In this document: piece after piece, positions 9,043 through 18,326 of the stretch | Layout of the letters: the number at the start of each line of letters is the position of its first letter | How positions within the stretch are numbered: position 1 is the first letter of the stretch | From: Chloroflexota bacterium | GTDB taxonomy: Bacteria; Chloroflexota; Anaerolineae; Aggregatilineales; Phototrophicaceae | DNA length: 64,000 bases | Direction of reading: 5' to 3' | Assembly (NCBI GenBank): GCA_011523615.1 | Contig: WTGJ01000027.1 | Coordinates: forward strand, 452,458 to 516,457 | Program-made: the position numbers and the translations under genes | The notes under the pieces: generated by a model | Database searches by the model: none | Told to the model about the DNA's origin: nothing | The model's input: the letters and a program-made list of their open reading frames with translations, nothing else

Positions 9043-9704
9043 GGATGCATTCGGCGATGAACGAAACGGATTTGGTCCTGCATGTAGATCAAGAGCATCG
9101 GGCTTTGCAAGCAGCGATCATCATTGGTTTTTTTCTCAGTGCATTGGTTTCCTATTGGATCATCCAGACGATCATCTCTTCCGCGGGGATCAATCTGATC
9201 GCCGCAGCTCTGGCATTGGTGATCGGTTTTTTGGTCTCAAAGGGGATGGAGGCTTGGCTCAAAGGAAGGTGGCGCAGTGGGCGGAGACTGTATCTGAGTG
9301 CAGATCGATTCTATACGCAAAAAGGACGGCGCACCGAACACGAAATCGATGCCAATGAAGATTTTGATCTATTGTTCTGGCGCTTTACGGTGAAGCGTGC
9401 GGGCCGCATCCCGAAAGGTTGGTACTTACTGAGCTGCGCTTTTCATCAAAGTGGGAATTACTTGCCGGTTTATTCGTTCATGTCTGCAGAAGAATTTGAC
9501 AACTTTCCCCAGTCGGAGCACTTTGTGGAACTCGCACCGAAGAAAAATATCGCTGCGGATGACAACTTCCAGCTGGTCGGTCTGCAGAAAAGACTGCACA
9601 CGGCAGAGGTTTTTCGTTGGAATGAAGGTGCGGAGCTGAGCAAAGATGATTTCCGCAGCTTCATGGCACGTTTGATGCAGCAGTTTCCAAGTAGGGGCAA
9701 TTGA
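9039..9704 (+). CDS. hypothetical membrane protein (two N-terminal TM helices plus a cytoplasmic domain)
   Basis: Good coding ORF that overlaps the upstream stop (TTGA); the in-frame ATGs at 9045 and 9057 are alternative starts. Hydrophobic segments AAIIIGFFLSALVSYWIIQTII and LIAAALALVIGFLV. No recognised domain. Confidence 0.5.
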   Translation: MRMHSAMNETDLVLHVDQEHRALQAAIIIGFFLSALVSYWIIQTIISSAGINLIAAALALVIGFLVSKGMEAWLKGRWRSGRRLYLSADRFYTQKGRRTEHEIDANEDFDLLFWRFTVKRAGRIPKGWYLLSCAFHQSGNYLPVYSFMSAEEFDNFPQSEHFVELAPKKNIAADDNFQLVGLQKRLHTAEVFRWNEGAELSKDDFRSFMARLMQQFPSRGN

Positions 9705-11194
9705 GACGCAAGCTCATCCCCTTCTTCTTGATCTGCTTAATTCATTCCATCTCTTTTTCTCAGGACGAACGGCTGCTGACCCCCTTTGTGAAAGTCATTT
9801 CGAACCTGAACCCCGGCGAAAGTGATATCTGGCAAATCCCCGTGTTAGCCGGCGGGTTGGTATCGTTTCAGCTGACGGCACGAACGGGAGATTTGGCGCC
9901 AGCGGTCATCCTATCGGACGAAGTGGGGAACATCCTGTTGCAGCGCGAAGCCGAACAACAGGATGGCGAACGCAACGTCCTGATTGAAGCGTTCACGATC
10001 CCTTATTCATCGCTGTATGAATTGGCGGTGATTTCCCGCGAAACCAGTGGCGAATATTCCCTCGAAGTGCTACCCGGTTTCACCCGGCTGAAGATCGTCG
10101 ACATTACGAATGCCGAAATCTGGCGCGTGGCAGAGGATGCACAGATGGTCTTCAGTCCAGATCGAATTTCCTTATCGACCACGTTGGAAGTGCCGATGGT
10201 GCAGGCATGGATGGTGGATGAACTGTGGGATGCATCCCGCAAGTACATTCACACGGAAATTGAATCCATCGATAGTACACAGAGTTGGTTGGTGGGCATG
10301 ACGATGGGAGCGGATGACGGCGATTACTTCTCCTACAGCATCAATCAAGACGGTCTGTGGCGCTTCGCGCATCATCATGAAGGTGAAATCGAGATCCTCC
10401 GCAGCTGGCAAAGTCATCCGGTCATCACGGCTGGCCTGCGCAGCTTTTCGCTGGGTTTGCTGATCAATGGCGATGTGGTGGAGTTGTTCTACAAAGGGCA
10501 ATTCGTGGATGGCATACAAGATGAACGCCTGCGTAGGGTGGGTCAATTGGGTTTGCTGGCCGGGTACGGTGAAGGCTTTCCCGTAACCAGCCGCGTTAAC
10601 GTTTCTCGACTTGCCATCACGGAACCACAAAAAAATGGTGAAGACTTTGCCGACTTTCGCTTTGTACCCAACGCACGGGTGGATGTGTTGCGTTCCTTAG
10701 TGCGAGCCGGGCTCATCCCCACCCAGGGTGAACTGAGCAGTTACCTGCCGGAAGCGAACTGGCGAGCCATACAGGCGGGAGTCTCTTATTTTCTACTGAA
10801 TGATGAACTGCTACAGGATTTTGTATTTGCGGCTGCGCTCGATTGGCAGTCGGCATCACCTACCCTTGCCGGCTGTGGCTTGATCGCCGGTCTCCTGGGT
10901 GAAGGAGACTACTATCTGGCTTTCATCGACAATGGTGGCTATGGTTTGTCTCAGCGCAGGGGCGAAGCATTCCTCAACGCCTCCTTTGTTGCCCGTGAGT
11001 TCAACCCGCAAGAAAAACACCACATCTTATTGATGATGCGTTCTGGCGAATTGGTGTATTACTTGAACGGTCGCTATGCCGGTTCAATTGAAAATGCCAC
11101 GAATCTGGGAAACGTGGCATTTGCTGTATTGATCCATGAAGAAGGGTTGACCCAGTGCCGATACGAAGATGCCTGGCTTTGGCGATGGAATTAA
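9701..11194 (+). CDS. secreted protein with a PPC-like N-terminal domain and two concanavalin/LamG-like jelly-roll modules (tentative)
   Basis: Signal-like N-terminus (LIPFFLICLIHSISFS). GESDIWQIPVLAGGLVSFQL...SGEYSLEVLP resembles a pre-peptidase C-terminal domain. Two segments have the ..ING..VELFYKGQFV.. and ..LVYYLNGRYAGSI.. pattern of lectin-like jelly rolls. TTG start overlaps the upstream stop. Confidence 0.45.
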   Translation: MRRKLIPFFLICLIHSISFSQDERLLTPFVKVISNLNPGESDIWQIPVLAGGLVSFQLTARTGDLAPAVILSDEVGNILLQREAEQQDGERNVLIEAFTIPYSSLYELAVISRETSGEYSLEVLPGFTRLKIVDITNAEIWRVAEDAQMVFSPDRISLSTTLEVPMVQAWMVDELWDASRKYIHTEIESIDSTQSWLVGMTMGADDGDYFSYSINQDGLWRFAHHHEGEIEILRSWQSHPVITAGLRSFSLGLLINGDVVELFYKGQFVDGIQDERLRRVGQLGLLAGYGEGFPVTSRVNVSRLAITEPQKNGEDFADFRFVPNARVDVLRSLVRAGLIPTQGELSSYLPEANWRAIQAGVSYFLLNDELLQDFVFAAALDWQSASPTLAGCGLIAGLLGEGDYYLAFIDNGGYGLSQRRGEAFLNASFVAREFNPQEKHHILLMMRSGELVYYLNGRYAGSIENATNLGNVAFAVLIHEEGLTQCRYEDAWLWRWN

Positions 11195-12555
11195 CCGCCC
11201 ATCGCCGCTCTCAGCGTGGCGCAGGCCGGGCACGAACCGTCACTCCTCAGGATCGCATAACCTGCCTGGGGATCCGCGGAATAATGGGTGAAATCGACAT
11301 TCCAGATGAACAACAACCGCACGATGCCACTCGCTCTGGAAGCTTGTACGGCTTCGCCCAGCCATTGGGCATGTTCCGCAATCGAGGTGTCCTGCGCCCA
11401 GGCAAAACTCGGCGCTGTACTGGCTAAGGATGGATACCCATCTGGCGATAAATAACCCAATTCCGTAATGCACACCGGCGTTCCGCCAAACGGGGCATAA
11501 GCGCGATTCAGGTTCCCGCCAAAGTAACGAGTTGGGTGCCCGCCGCGGGGATCGCCGCTCTGCTGATTGGGTGAAATGATTCCTTCATTGTAATGGCTGC
11601 CCACGCAATCCATGTATTGGTTCGCACCGGCGGCGGCCATCTGGCGAAAGAATTCGCTGTCATCGATGTATCTTCCCGGTTCCGTATGCCCTACGGGGGA
11701 AGGTGCGCCGCTGACGACCAATGTGGCGCCGTTGCGATTCTTGATCGTCTGGTAGGATGCTTGCAACAGTCGCGTGTAATTGGCGCCATTGAGCAGATGC
11801 CCGGGCCATTCGCGATCCAGGTTGGGTTCGTTCCAAACTTCGATGGCATCGGCGCCCCCCGCTGCGAGTTCACCCACAAAGTTGGCGTAGGATTGGATGT
11901 AGGAGTCAAAGCTGCTCGATAGTTCATTCTTATTGCCGATGACGCTGAGTTTGATTTTGAAGCCATTGGCTTTCGCCGCTTGGATCAAACCCAAAGCATT
12001 GCCCGTACCTTCACCCACTTGATAGCGGTATTGCTTTTTCAGCCAGGTCATGCCTGCATTGCGGGCCGCACCAATGGCTCGATCGCTGAATTCGGCGATA
12101 TGCCCACCCAACTCAAAGCCTCCGGCAGCCGTCGCGACCGGGGCGGCGACCGCCGTTTCTGAATCCAGAACCACCGGTGCATCATCACAGATGGCCACTT
12201 CTTCCATGCTGTAGCTGATTCGGGCGCGCATACGAACATTGGTCAAAGAGGTGATGTTGAATTCCCAACCGATGAAAATGGGCCGTGCCGAACCGGGATC
12301 ATCATTGATGACGGCGCTCACACAATCGTCGATGCCGTATTGCCAGGATGTTTCTTTCCACTGCCAGCTTTTGACATAATCCAAACTGCCGCCATGTTCC
12401 CCTTCCAGATGCTCGCGAACGATATTGAAAGCCAGGCGCACATAGTCCACAAAGCCGCCATCATCTTCTTGTGCGTTCAACCAGACCGGCTGGAGTATGA
12501 GTAGAATCATTACGAGCGGCAATAGGGAACGAGTTTTCAAGAAACCAATTGACAT
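11191..12555 (-). CDS. secreted clan GH-A (GH5-like) glycoside hydrolase
   Basis: Signal peptide (LLPLVMILLILQPVWLNAQE). AIEVWNEPN is the acid/base Glu motif and VCITELGY is the nucleophile Glu motif, at appropriate spacing. Confidence 0.65.
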   Translation of the reverse strand: MSIGFLKTRSLLPLVMILLILQPVWLNAQEDDGGFVDYVRLAFNIVREHLEGEHGGSLDYVKSWQWKETSWQYGIDDCVSAVINDDPGSARPIFIGWEFNITSLTNVRMRARISYSMEEVAICDDAPVVLDSETAVAAPVATAAGGFELGGHIAEFSDRAIGAARNAGMTWLKKQYRYQVGEGTGNALGLIQAAKANGFKIKLSVIGNKNELSSSFDSYIQSYANFVGELAAGGADAIEVWNEPNLDREWPGHLLNGANYTRLLQASYQTIKNRNGATLVVSGAPSPVGHTEPGRYIDDSEFFRQMAAAGANQYMDCVGSHYNEGIISPNQQSGDPRGGHPTRYFGGNLNRAYAPFGGTPVCITELGYLSPDGYPSLASTAPSFAWAQDTSIAEHAQWLGEAVQASRASGIVRLLFIWNVDFTHYSADPQAGYAILRSDGSCPACATLRAAMGG

Positions 12556-12619
12556 CGCTACACCTCACATCAGTTTTGGATGCTCATCGTCCCTTAAATG
12601 ATACCTTAAAAGTTATATT

Positions 12620-13990
12620 TCATCGTTCTAGAGTGGATTCACTGATTTCCGCTTGCAGTTTCTTGAGTTTCTCCAGGCGTGCATCGTCCCCTTGTTCGAG
12701 CAAAATACGTTCTGTTTCAGGGAGGATCGAACGCATATTTTCTCTGACGTCGGGTTCTGCCTCTTGGAAATGTTTCATCGCCGATTCGTGATCATCGATG
12801 GCCAATAATTCATTGAGCAATCTTACTTCAGGACTCATCATCCCTTGCATCTTTTCCAGGATGATCTCATGAAGATTGCGCAGCGCTTTAATTTTCTCTC
12901 GCTCTTCAGAGCGTTCTGCAGCGGACAGCTGTTCACCCAGAGCTTGAAAAAAGTAGCGATCCAGCTCAGGCAGGTGTTGCAGAATGGCTTGGTCGGCGTC
13001 GGTGGAAGCCAACAGTCGATTGACCAGCGCATCGGCTCGAGCGAGTGCCAAGCGCTGCATCTCATCCACTCGAGCGCTGATATCCAGCAACTCTTTGCGT
13101 AACTTCACCAGCTGCTCTTTATGGGTAGATTCTGCTTGTGCGATCGAAGCGGTCAGTTCCTGATAAAACGCATAATCCAGCGCGGGTCGTATGGCCGTGA
13201 CCAACCATTCCAAATGGTTGTCCTCTTCTTCCAGATAACGCAAAGCAAGTTCACGTATAGTCACATTGGAAGGAGATTTTCCTAGTTCATTGATGTCGTT
13301 CTGTACCGTTTCGATGGCCCGCAACTGTTGTTCACTTTGCTCCTGCAACTTTCGACCGGCGGAACTTTCTTCCATCAAGCATTGCAAAATCTGGCCGATT
13401 TTCGCCAGCGTTTCCGCCTGTTCTTCTTTGGGCAGTTGACTTTGCAGGACCGAAACTGCCGCTATGAATGGCTCATCGATCCGGTCATCCAGCTGATGGA
13501 TGAGCCCGGGCAAACCATGGGCTGGTGCACTGAGCAACTGTTGCAACAGTTCGTTCAGTTTCCTTTGCTGTTGAATCTCTTCTTCACTGAATCCTTCAGC
13601 GGTTAAAATCTGCTCCCTTAAATTTTGCATGGATAAGCTCGAACGGGGTTGGAAGAGATACCCCCTTCGCTTCTCCTGCGCTAGGCTGGACATCAGGCCA
13701 TTGAGCAACTCACCGACGATTTTCTCCTGTTGGTCTGTCGTGAGATTCAATTCCGGGGGGATGTGCGTTATGCACAAGTCTTTGCCGGCATCGTGATACA
13801 GGATCGGCACGACGATCGGGTTCGTTGCCTGGCAAGAAGGGCAACGGGTCACATTGAGGTTACCCGCCAGGATCTTCTCTTTTGCCACCGGAGTCGCCCC
13901 AACATCGATGATGTTGATCAATTCGGCGGGATAATTGTTTCGGCAATTGGGGCAACTCAACGTCACTGCTTGTGGCCCGACGCGCATCAT
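12620..13990 (-). CDS. CpXC-domain protein with a long all-helical C-terminal region
   Basis: N-terminal CPNC...(about 35 aa)...CPSC zinc-ribbon-like CpXC pattern, followed by about 370 aa of Glu/Leu/Gln-rich helical sequence. Confidence 0.6.
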   Translation of the reverse strand: MMRVGPQAVTLSCPNCRNNYPAELINIIDVGATPVAKEKILAGNLNVTRCPSCQATNPIVVPILYHDAGKDLCITHIPPELNLTTDQQEKIVGELLNGLMSSLAQEKRRGYLFQPRSSLSMQNLREQILTAEGFSEEEIQQQRKLNELLQQLLSAPAHGLPGLIHQLDDRIDEPFIAAVSVLQSQLPKEEQAETLAKIGQILQCLMEESSAGRKLQEQSEQQLRAIETVQNDINELGKSPSNVTIRELALRYLEEEDNHLEWLVTAIRPALDYAFYQELTASIAQAESTHKEQLVKLRKELLDISARVDEMQRLALARADALVNRLLASTDADQAILQHLPELDRYFFQALGEQLSAAERSEEREKIKALRNLHEIILEKMQGMMSPEVRLLNELLAIDDHESAMKHFQEAEPDVRENMRSILPETERILLEQGDDARLEKLKKLQAEISESTLER

Positions 13991-13994
13991 GAGC

Positions 13995-15593
13995 TCACTC
14001 CCTGGGTTGGATCGGCAGGGTGAAATAAAATATGGCTCCGCGACCCGGGTTACTGCTGAGGTGCAAGCGCCCCTGATGAGCTTTGATGATCGATTGAACC
14101 AGATAGAGCCCCAAACCTGCGCCTTGAGAGCTGCGACTCAGCGTGTTGTCGACGCGGTAAAAACGCTCAAAAATGCGTTCCTTTTCGCTATCCTCAATGC
14201 CCATTCCTTCATCACGAACGAAGAGCAGGACTTCTTCTTCCCGAGATTCTCCGCCGATTTCTATCTCACCACCTTGCGGCGAATATTTGAGTGCGTTGCT
14301 GATCAAGTTTTCAAATACCTCTTTGATGCGGTTCGGGTCGGCCGTGATGCAGGGGAAATCCGGTGAAAATTTTAACGATAGGCTGTGTCGCGTAGACTGT
14401 TTGCGGTAGTGTTCCACCAAGGTTGCCAGCATGGTGGGGATGTGAACCTCACTTTTTTCCAACACGAATCCTTTGAGCGCTTCCAAACGGCTGGCATGAA
14501 GCAAGTCATCGATCAAATGGCTCAAACGATCCGCTTCTTCATCGATGACCGTCAAGCTTTCGGTGCTGGTGTTGCGATCCCATTCCGCATCGGCGCGCAA
14601 GAGGGTATTGGCATACCCCTTGATCAAAGCAACCGGAGTTTTCAGCTCATGTGAGATGGTAGAAATGAATAGATTCTGTTGTTCTCTTTCGAGTTTCTTG
14701 CGGTTTAAATCCTGTACGTTGGCAATTACCCCCAACAATTTCCGCTCGTTATGGTCGAGTATGGGCGTATAGGAGACCCCAATGTAAAAGGGCAAACCAT
14801 CCCGCCGGATGATTTCCCCTTCGTGGTGCAGGCGGGTTTCTGTTTCGTGATTTTCGAGCCATCCTCTTTGAACCGCTTCACGAACATCCCATGAGACCGG
14901 CTCACTCCACTTGAGGATATCTTCATATGGGTTTCCTTCTGCAGCCAGCGAATTCCAGCCGGTCATCAATTCCATGGCTGGATTCAAATTTTCAACGCAC
15001 AAATCGGCATCGAGGAGCAAGATGCCTTCCGCACTGTGTTCCACCAGAATCGCCAGTCGCCGCCTTTCATGCTGCACTCGATGGAACAAAGTAGCATGGT
15101 GAATGGCAATTGCGGATTGCTCTGCCAGTGCATGTAAGGCGCTGCCCAAGAATTCGGTCACCTCGGATTCATACGACCGAAAGACAAAAACGACGCCCAA
15201 CAAATTCTGTTCGAAAGATAGAGCGATGGGGATCGTTTGACGCCAATCGGGTGAAAGATTGCGGGCCATCTGATGGACGATGTTTTCGATCTTCTCTTTG
15301 TTCTGCGCATCGTTTTCGATATCGGATGCCGTCCCAATGAATGCGATCAGTTGCCCAAGCAGGCCTTCAAAATCCGTATGCCGATCCGGATCGATGCCCA
15401 ATTCATTGGCGACATAAAAGTCACCATATTCGTTTCTCAACGTGATGATGCCACCCTGGCCGGCGAGCAGCCGCACCATGAATTTCAGGCAGCGACGGGT
15501 TACTTCATCCAAGTCCAAGGTCTCGCTGACAGAACGCACCATGTGGAGCAAATCGCTCCCCTGGTGCATGGAGATTTCAGGCAACATCAACAT
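13995..15593 (-). CDS. soluble sensor histidine kinase (GAF-PAS-HisKA-HATPase)
   Basis: No TM segments. H-box FISTISHELKTPVALIKGY, N-box NLISNALKYSP, G-boxes VRDEGMGI and GAGLGLYLV. The N-terminal region looks like GAF then PAS. Confidence 0.85.
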   Translation of the reverse strand: MLMLPEISMHQGSDLLHMVRSVSETLDLDEVTRRCLKFMVRLLAGQGGIITLRNEYGDFYVANELGIDPDRHTDFEGLLGQLIAFIGTASDIENDAQNKEKIENIVHQMARNLSPDWRQTIPIALSFEQNLLGVVFVFRSYESEVTEFLGSALHALAEQSAIAIHHATLFHRVQHERRRLAILVEHSAEGILLLDADLCVENLNPAMELMTGWNSLAAEGNPYEDILKWSEPVSWDVREAVQRGWLENHETETRLHHEGEIIRRDGLPFYIGVSYTPILDHNERKLLGVIANVQDLNRKKLEREQQNLFISTISHELKTPVALIKGYANTLLRADAEWDRNTSTESLTVIDEEADRLSHLIDDLLHASRLEALKGFVLEKSEVHIPTMLATLVEHYRKQSTRHSLSLKFSPDFPCITADPNRIKEVFENLISNALKYSPQGGEIEIGGESREEEVLLFVRDEGMGIEDSEKERIFERFYRVDNTLSRSSQGAGLGLYLVQSIIKAHQGRLHLSSNPGRGAIFYFTLPIQPRE

Positions 15594-15691
15594 GCGCGTA
15601 TTGTAGCATTACTTTTTTGCCGATAGCCGTGACCCACGTGGTCGACCATGCTTCTGCTGCTAAAATGAAAGAAAATACCGGGTAAGCATCG

Positions 15692-18313
15692 TTGGCTACT
15701 TCCCCATTGCGTGAGCAATATCTGACCATCAAGAATGATCACGTGGATTGCTTGCTTTTCTTCCGATTGGGTGATTTTTACGAGACCTTTGATGAAGATG
15801 CGGAAACCGTTGCCAGAGAACTCGACATCGTCCTGACCGGTCGCAGCTTCAGCAAAGGTACGCGCGTGCCCATGGCGGGCGTGCCGCACCACTCATTGGA
15901 GAATTACCTGCCGATCCTCCTGGATAAAGGATATCACGTCGCCATTTGTGACCAGGTCGGTAGTTTTAACGCCGAAAAAGGATTGGTCGAACGCGCCGTT
16001 ACCCAGATCCTGACGCCGGGAACCATCCATGAACCTGCGATGTTGGCCGAAGAGGTATCCAACTTTCTTTTGGCGATCATCCCCAAGACGCCCGCAGGTA
16101 AGGAAGATTGGGTGGAGGCGGGCATCGCCCATTGCGATTTCTCTACCGGTGAATTTGCGACGACGCAATTGAGCGGTGAAGCTGTGGGCATACAAGTCTT
16201 GGAGGAACTGGCGCGCTTGAAACCCAGGGAAGTCCTTTTGCCCCAGCGCTGGAAAGACAGCAAAGTGACTTTTCCCAGAAGCATTCACTGCAATTTCATT
16301 CCGGATTGGGTCTGTGGGTGGGAGAGTGCGAGCCGAGCGTTGTTGTCCCATTTCAACGTAGAATCGTTGCAAGGTTTTGGTTTGGAGAGCAAGCCGCTGG
16401 CGGTAGCCGCTTCCAGTGCCATCCTCTATTACCTGCGACAAACGCAAAAAGGTGTGCCTGCATCTCTTTCGCATCTGCAAACCTACGATACCAGTGCGTT
16501 CATGACGCTGGATTTGGCAACGAGAAGGAACTTAGAGATCACGGAATCATTTCGTGATCGCAAAATCGAGGGGAGTCTGTGGGGAGTCCTCAAAGCGACC
16601 GAAACGGCAATGGGTTCGCGAAAACTGTTGGCCTGGATCAAACAGCCTTTGTTGGATATCGACCGCATCCAGCAACGTTTGGACGCCGTAGAAACGTTGA
16701 CCATTCAAGATGCCAAAAGGGAAATCATCCGAGATATTTTTCGCAGCGTGATCGATTTGGAACGTATGGCGCAACGCATTGTACTTCAGCGAGCGAATCC
16801 CAGAGAGTTACTGAGCCTTAAGGAAAGCCTCAGCCGCATCCCGGAGATCAAGCGTGAATTGTCCGCTGAACCAGCATTCCGTTCCATCACCAACCGTTTG
16901 ACTGCCTGTGAGGAAACCGTTGAACTGATCGCTGCTGCCATCGATGAGGATGCCCCCACAAACATGAATCGTTATGGCAGCATCCGCGAAGGATATTCCT
17001 CAGAGCTCGATGGCATCCTGCAAGAGACTGCCCAGGCTCGGCAATGGATTGCGGATTTGGAACCAAGGGAAAGGAAACGCACCGGCATCCAGAATCTCAA
17101 GGTTGGCTTCAACAAAGTGTTTGGTTATTACCTGGAAGTGAGCAAGTCCAATTTGGCTCATGTGCCCGATGATTACATCCGGAAGCAGACCCTGGTGAAT
17201 GCAGAACGATATGTGACTCCGGAGTTGAAGGAGTACGAGACGGTCGTATTGAATGCCGAAGAAGAGTTACTGGCTTGCGAGAAACACTTGTTTAACGAAA
17301 TCCTGCAACAATTGGCGCCATCATGCGATGCGATCAAAGCGAATGCCAATGCAATTGCCGATTTGGATGCCGTGCTTTCTTTGGCGACCGTAGCGGTTCG
17401 CGAAGCCTATTCACGGCCGCAATTGACACAGGAAAACATCCTCCGCATCAAGAAGGGTCGTCATCCCGTCGTGGAGCAATCGCTGCCGACCGGCCAACGG
17501 TACATCCCCAACGACACCGCCATGGATGAAGGTTCACGCATACACATCATCACCGGGCCCAACATGTCCGGCAAATCCACGTACATCCGTCAGGTAGCGA
17601 TCATCAATCTGATGGCGCAAATCGGCTCATTTGTCCCGGCGGATGAAGCGATGGTTGGCATCACCGACCGCATTTTCGCTCGCATTGGCGCTCAGGATGA
17701 AATCCATGCCGGACAAAGCACGTTCATGGTGGAAATGATCGAAACGGCCCGCTTGCTTTCGGGCAGCAGTGAGCGCAGTTTGTTGATCATTGATGAGGTG
17801 GGCCGCGGTACTTCTACTTATGATGGTCTGGCCATCGCCAGGGCCGTCATCGAATACATCCATGATGAGGAGAGGCTGAATTGCCGGACGTTGTTTGCGA
17901 CGCATTTTCATGAGTTGACAGAGTTGCCGCAGACCCTGCCCAGAGCGAAGAATTACAACATTGCCGTGATGGAAGAAGGCGAGCGTGTCATTTTTACCCA
18001 TCAATTGTCGCCCGGGGGCGCCAATCGTAGCTACGGGGTTCACGTAGCCCAACTGGCTGGCGTCCCCAATCAGGTCATCCAGCGTGCGCAACGACTGCTT
18101 GAACAGATGGAAAATCCGTCAAGACGAATTCAGGAATTGTCGGATAGGGAATCTCGCTCAGCCGACCGCGTCGCATGGGGCACCCATGCTGGAAGCGGAG
18201 AAACGGATCAGGATTTGACAGATGCCTCATCTACAGAGAAAACTGCTTCCGCGCCCGGACCTTCGGGTTTAGATCTGAGTCAATTGTCTTTTTTCGCCGA
18301 TACAGAAGACTGA
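15692..18313 (+). CDS. mutS: DNA mismatch repair protein MutS
   Basis: 873 aa. N-terminal SPLREQYLTIKNDHVDCLLFFRLGDFYETF, Walker A ITGPNMSGKST, LIIDEVGRGTSTYDG, TLFATHFHEL. TTG start. Confidence 0.92.
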   Translation: MATSPLREQYLTIKNDHVDCLLFFRLGDFYETFDEDAETVARELDIVLTGRSFSKGTRVPMAGVPHHSLENYLPILLDKGYHVAICDQVGSFNAEKGLVERAVTQILTPGTIHEPAMLAEEVSNFLLAIIPKTPAGKEDWVEAGIAHCDFSTGEFATTQLSGEAVGIQVLEELARLKPREVLLPQRWKDSKVTFPRSIHCNFIPDWVCGWESASRALLSHFNVESLQGFGLESKPLAVAASSAILYYLRQTQKGVPASLSHLQTYDTSAFMTLDLATRRNLEITESFRDRKIEGSLWGVLKATETAMGSRKLLAWIKQPLLDIDRIQQRLDAVETLTIQDAKREIIRDIFRSVIDLERMAQRIVLQRANPRELLSLKESLSRIPEIKRELSAEPAFRSITNRLTACEETVELIAAAIDEDAPTNMNRYGSIREGYSSELDGILQETAQARQWIADLEPRERKRTGIQNLKVGFNKVFGYYLEVSKSNLAHVPDDYIRKQTLVNAERYVTPELKEYETVVLNAEEELLACEKHLFNEILQQLAPSCDAIKANANAIADLDAVLSLATVAVREAYSRPQLTQENILRIKKGRHPVVEQSLPTGQRYIPNDTAMDEGSRIHIITGPNMSGKSTYIRQVAIINLMAQIGSFVPADEAMVGITDRIFARIGAQDEIHAGQSTFMVEMIETARLLSGSSERSLLIIDEVGRGTSTYDGLAIARAVIEYIHDEERLNCRTLFATHFHELTELPQTLPRAKNYNIAVMEEGERVIFTHQLSPGGANRSYGVHVAQLAGVPNQVIQRAQRLLEQMENPSRRIQELSDRESRSADRVAWGTHAGSGETDQDLTDASSTEKTASAPGPSGLDLSQLSFFADTED

Positions 18314-18326
18314 CCGTTGCAGGAAG

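Noticed and set aside
15633-15650. Overlapping palindromes CCACGTGG and GGTCGACC in the HK/mutS divergent region
   Set aside because: Eight-bp palindromes are expected by chance at this scale, and I could not anchor a clear promoter to them. Left as a note only.
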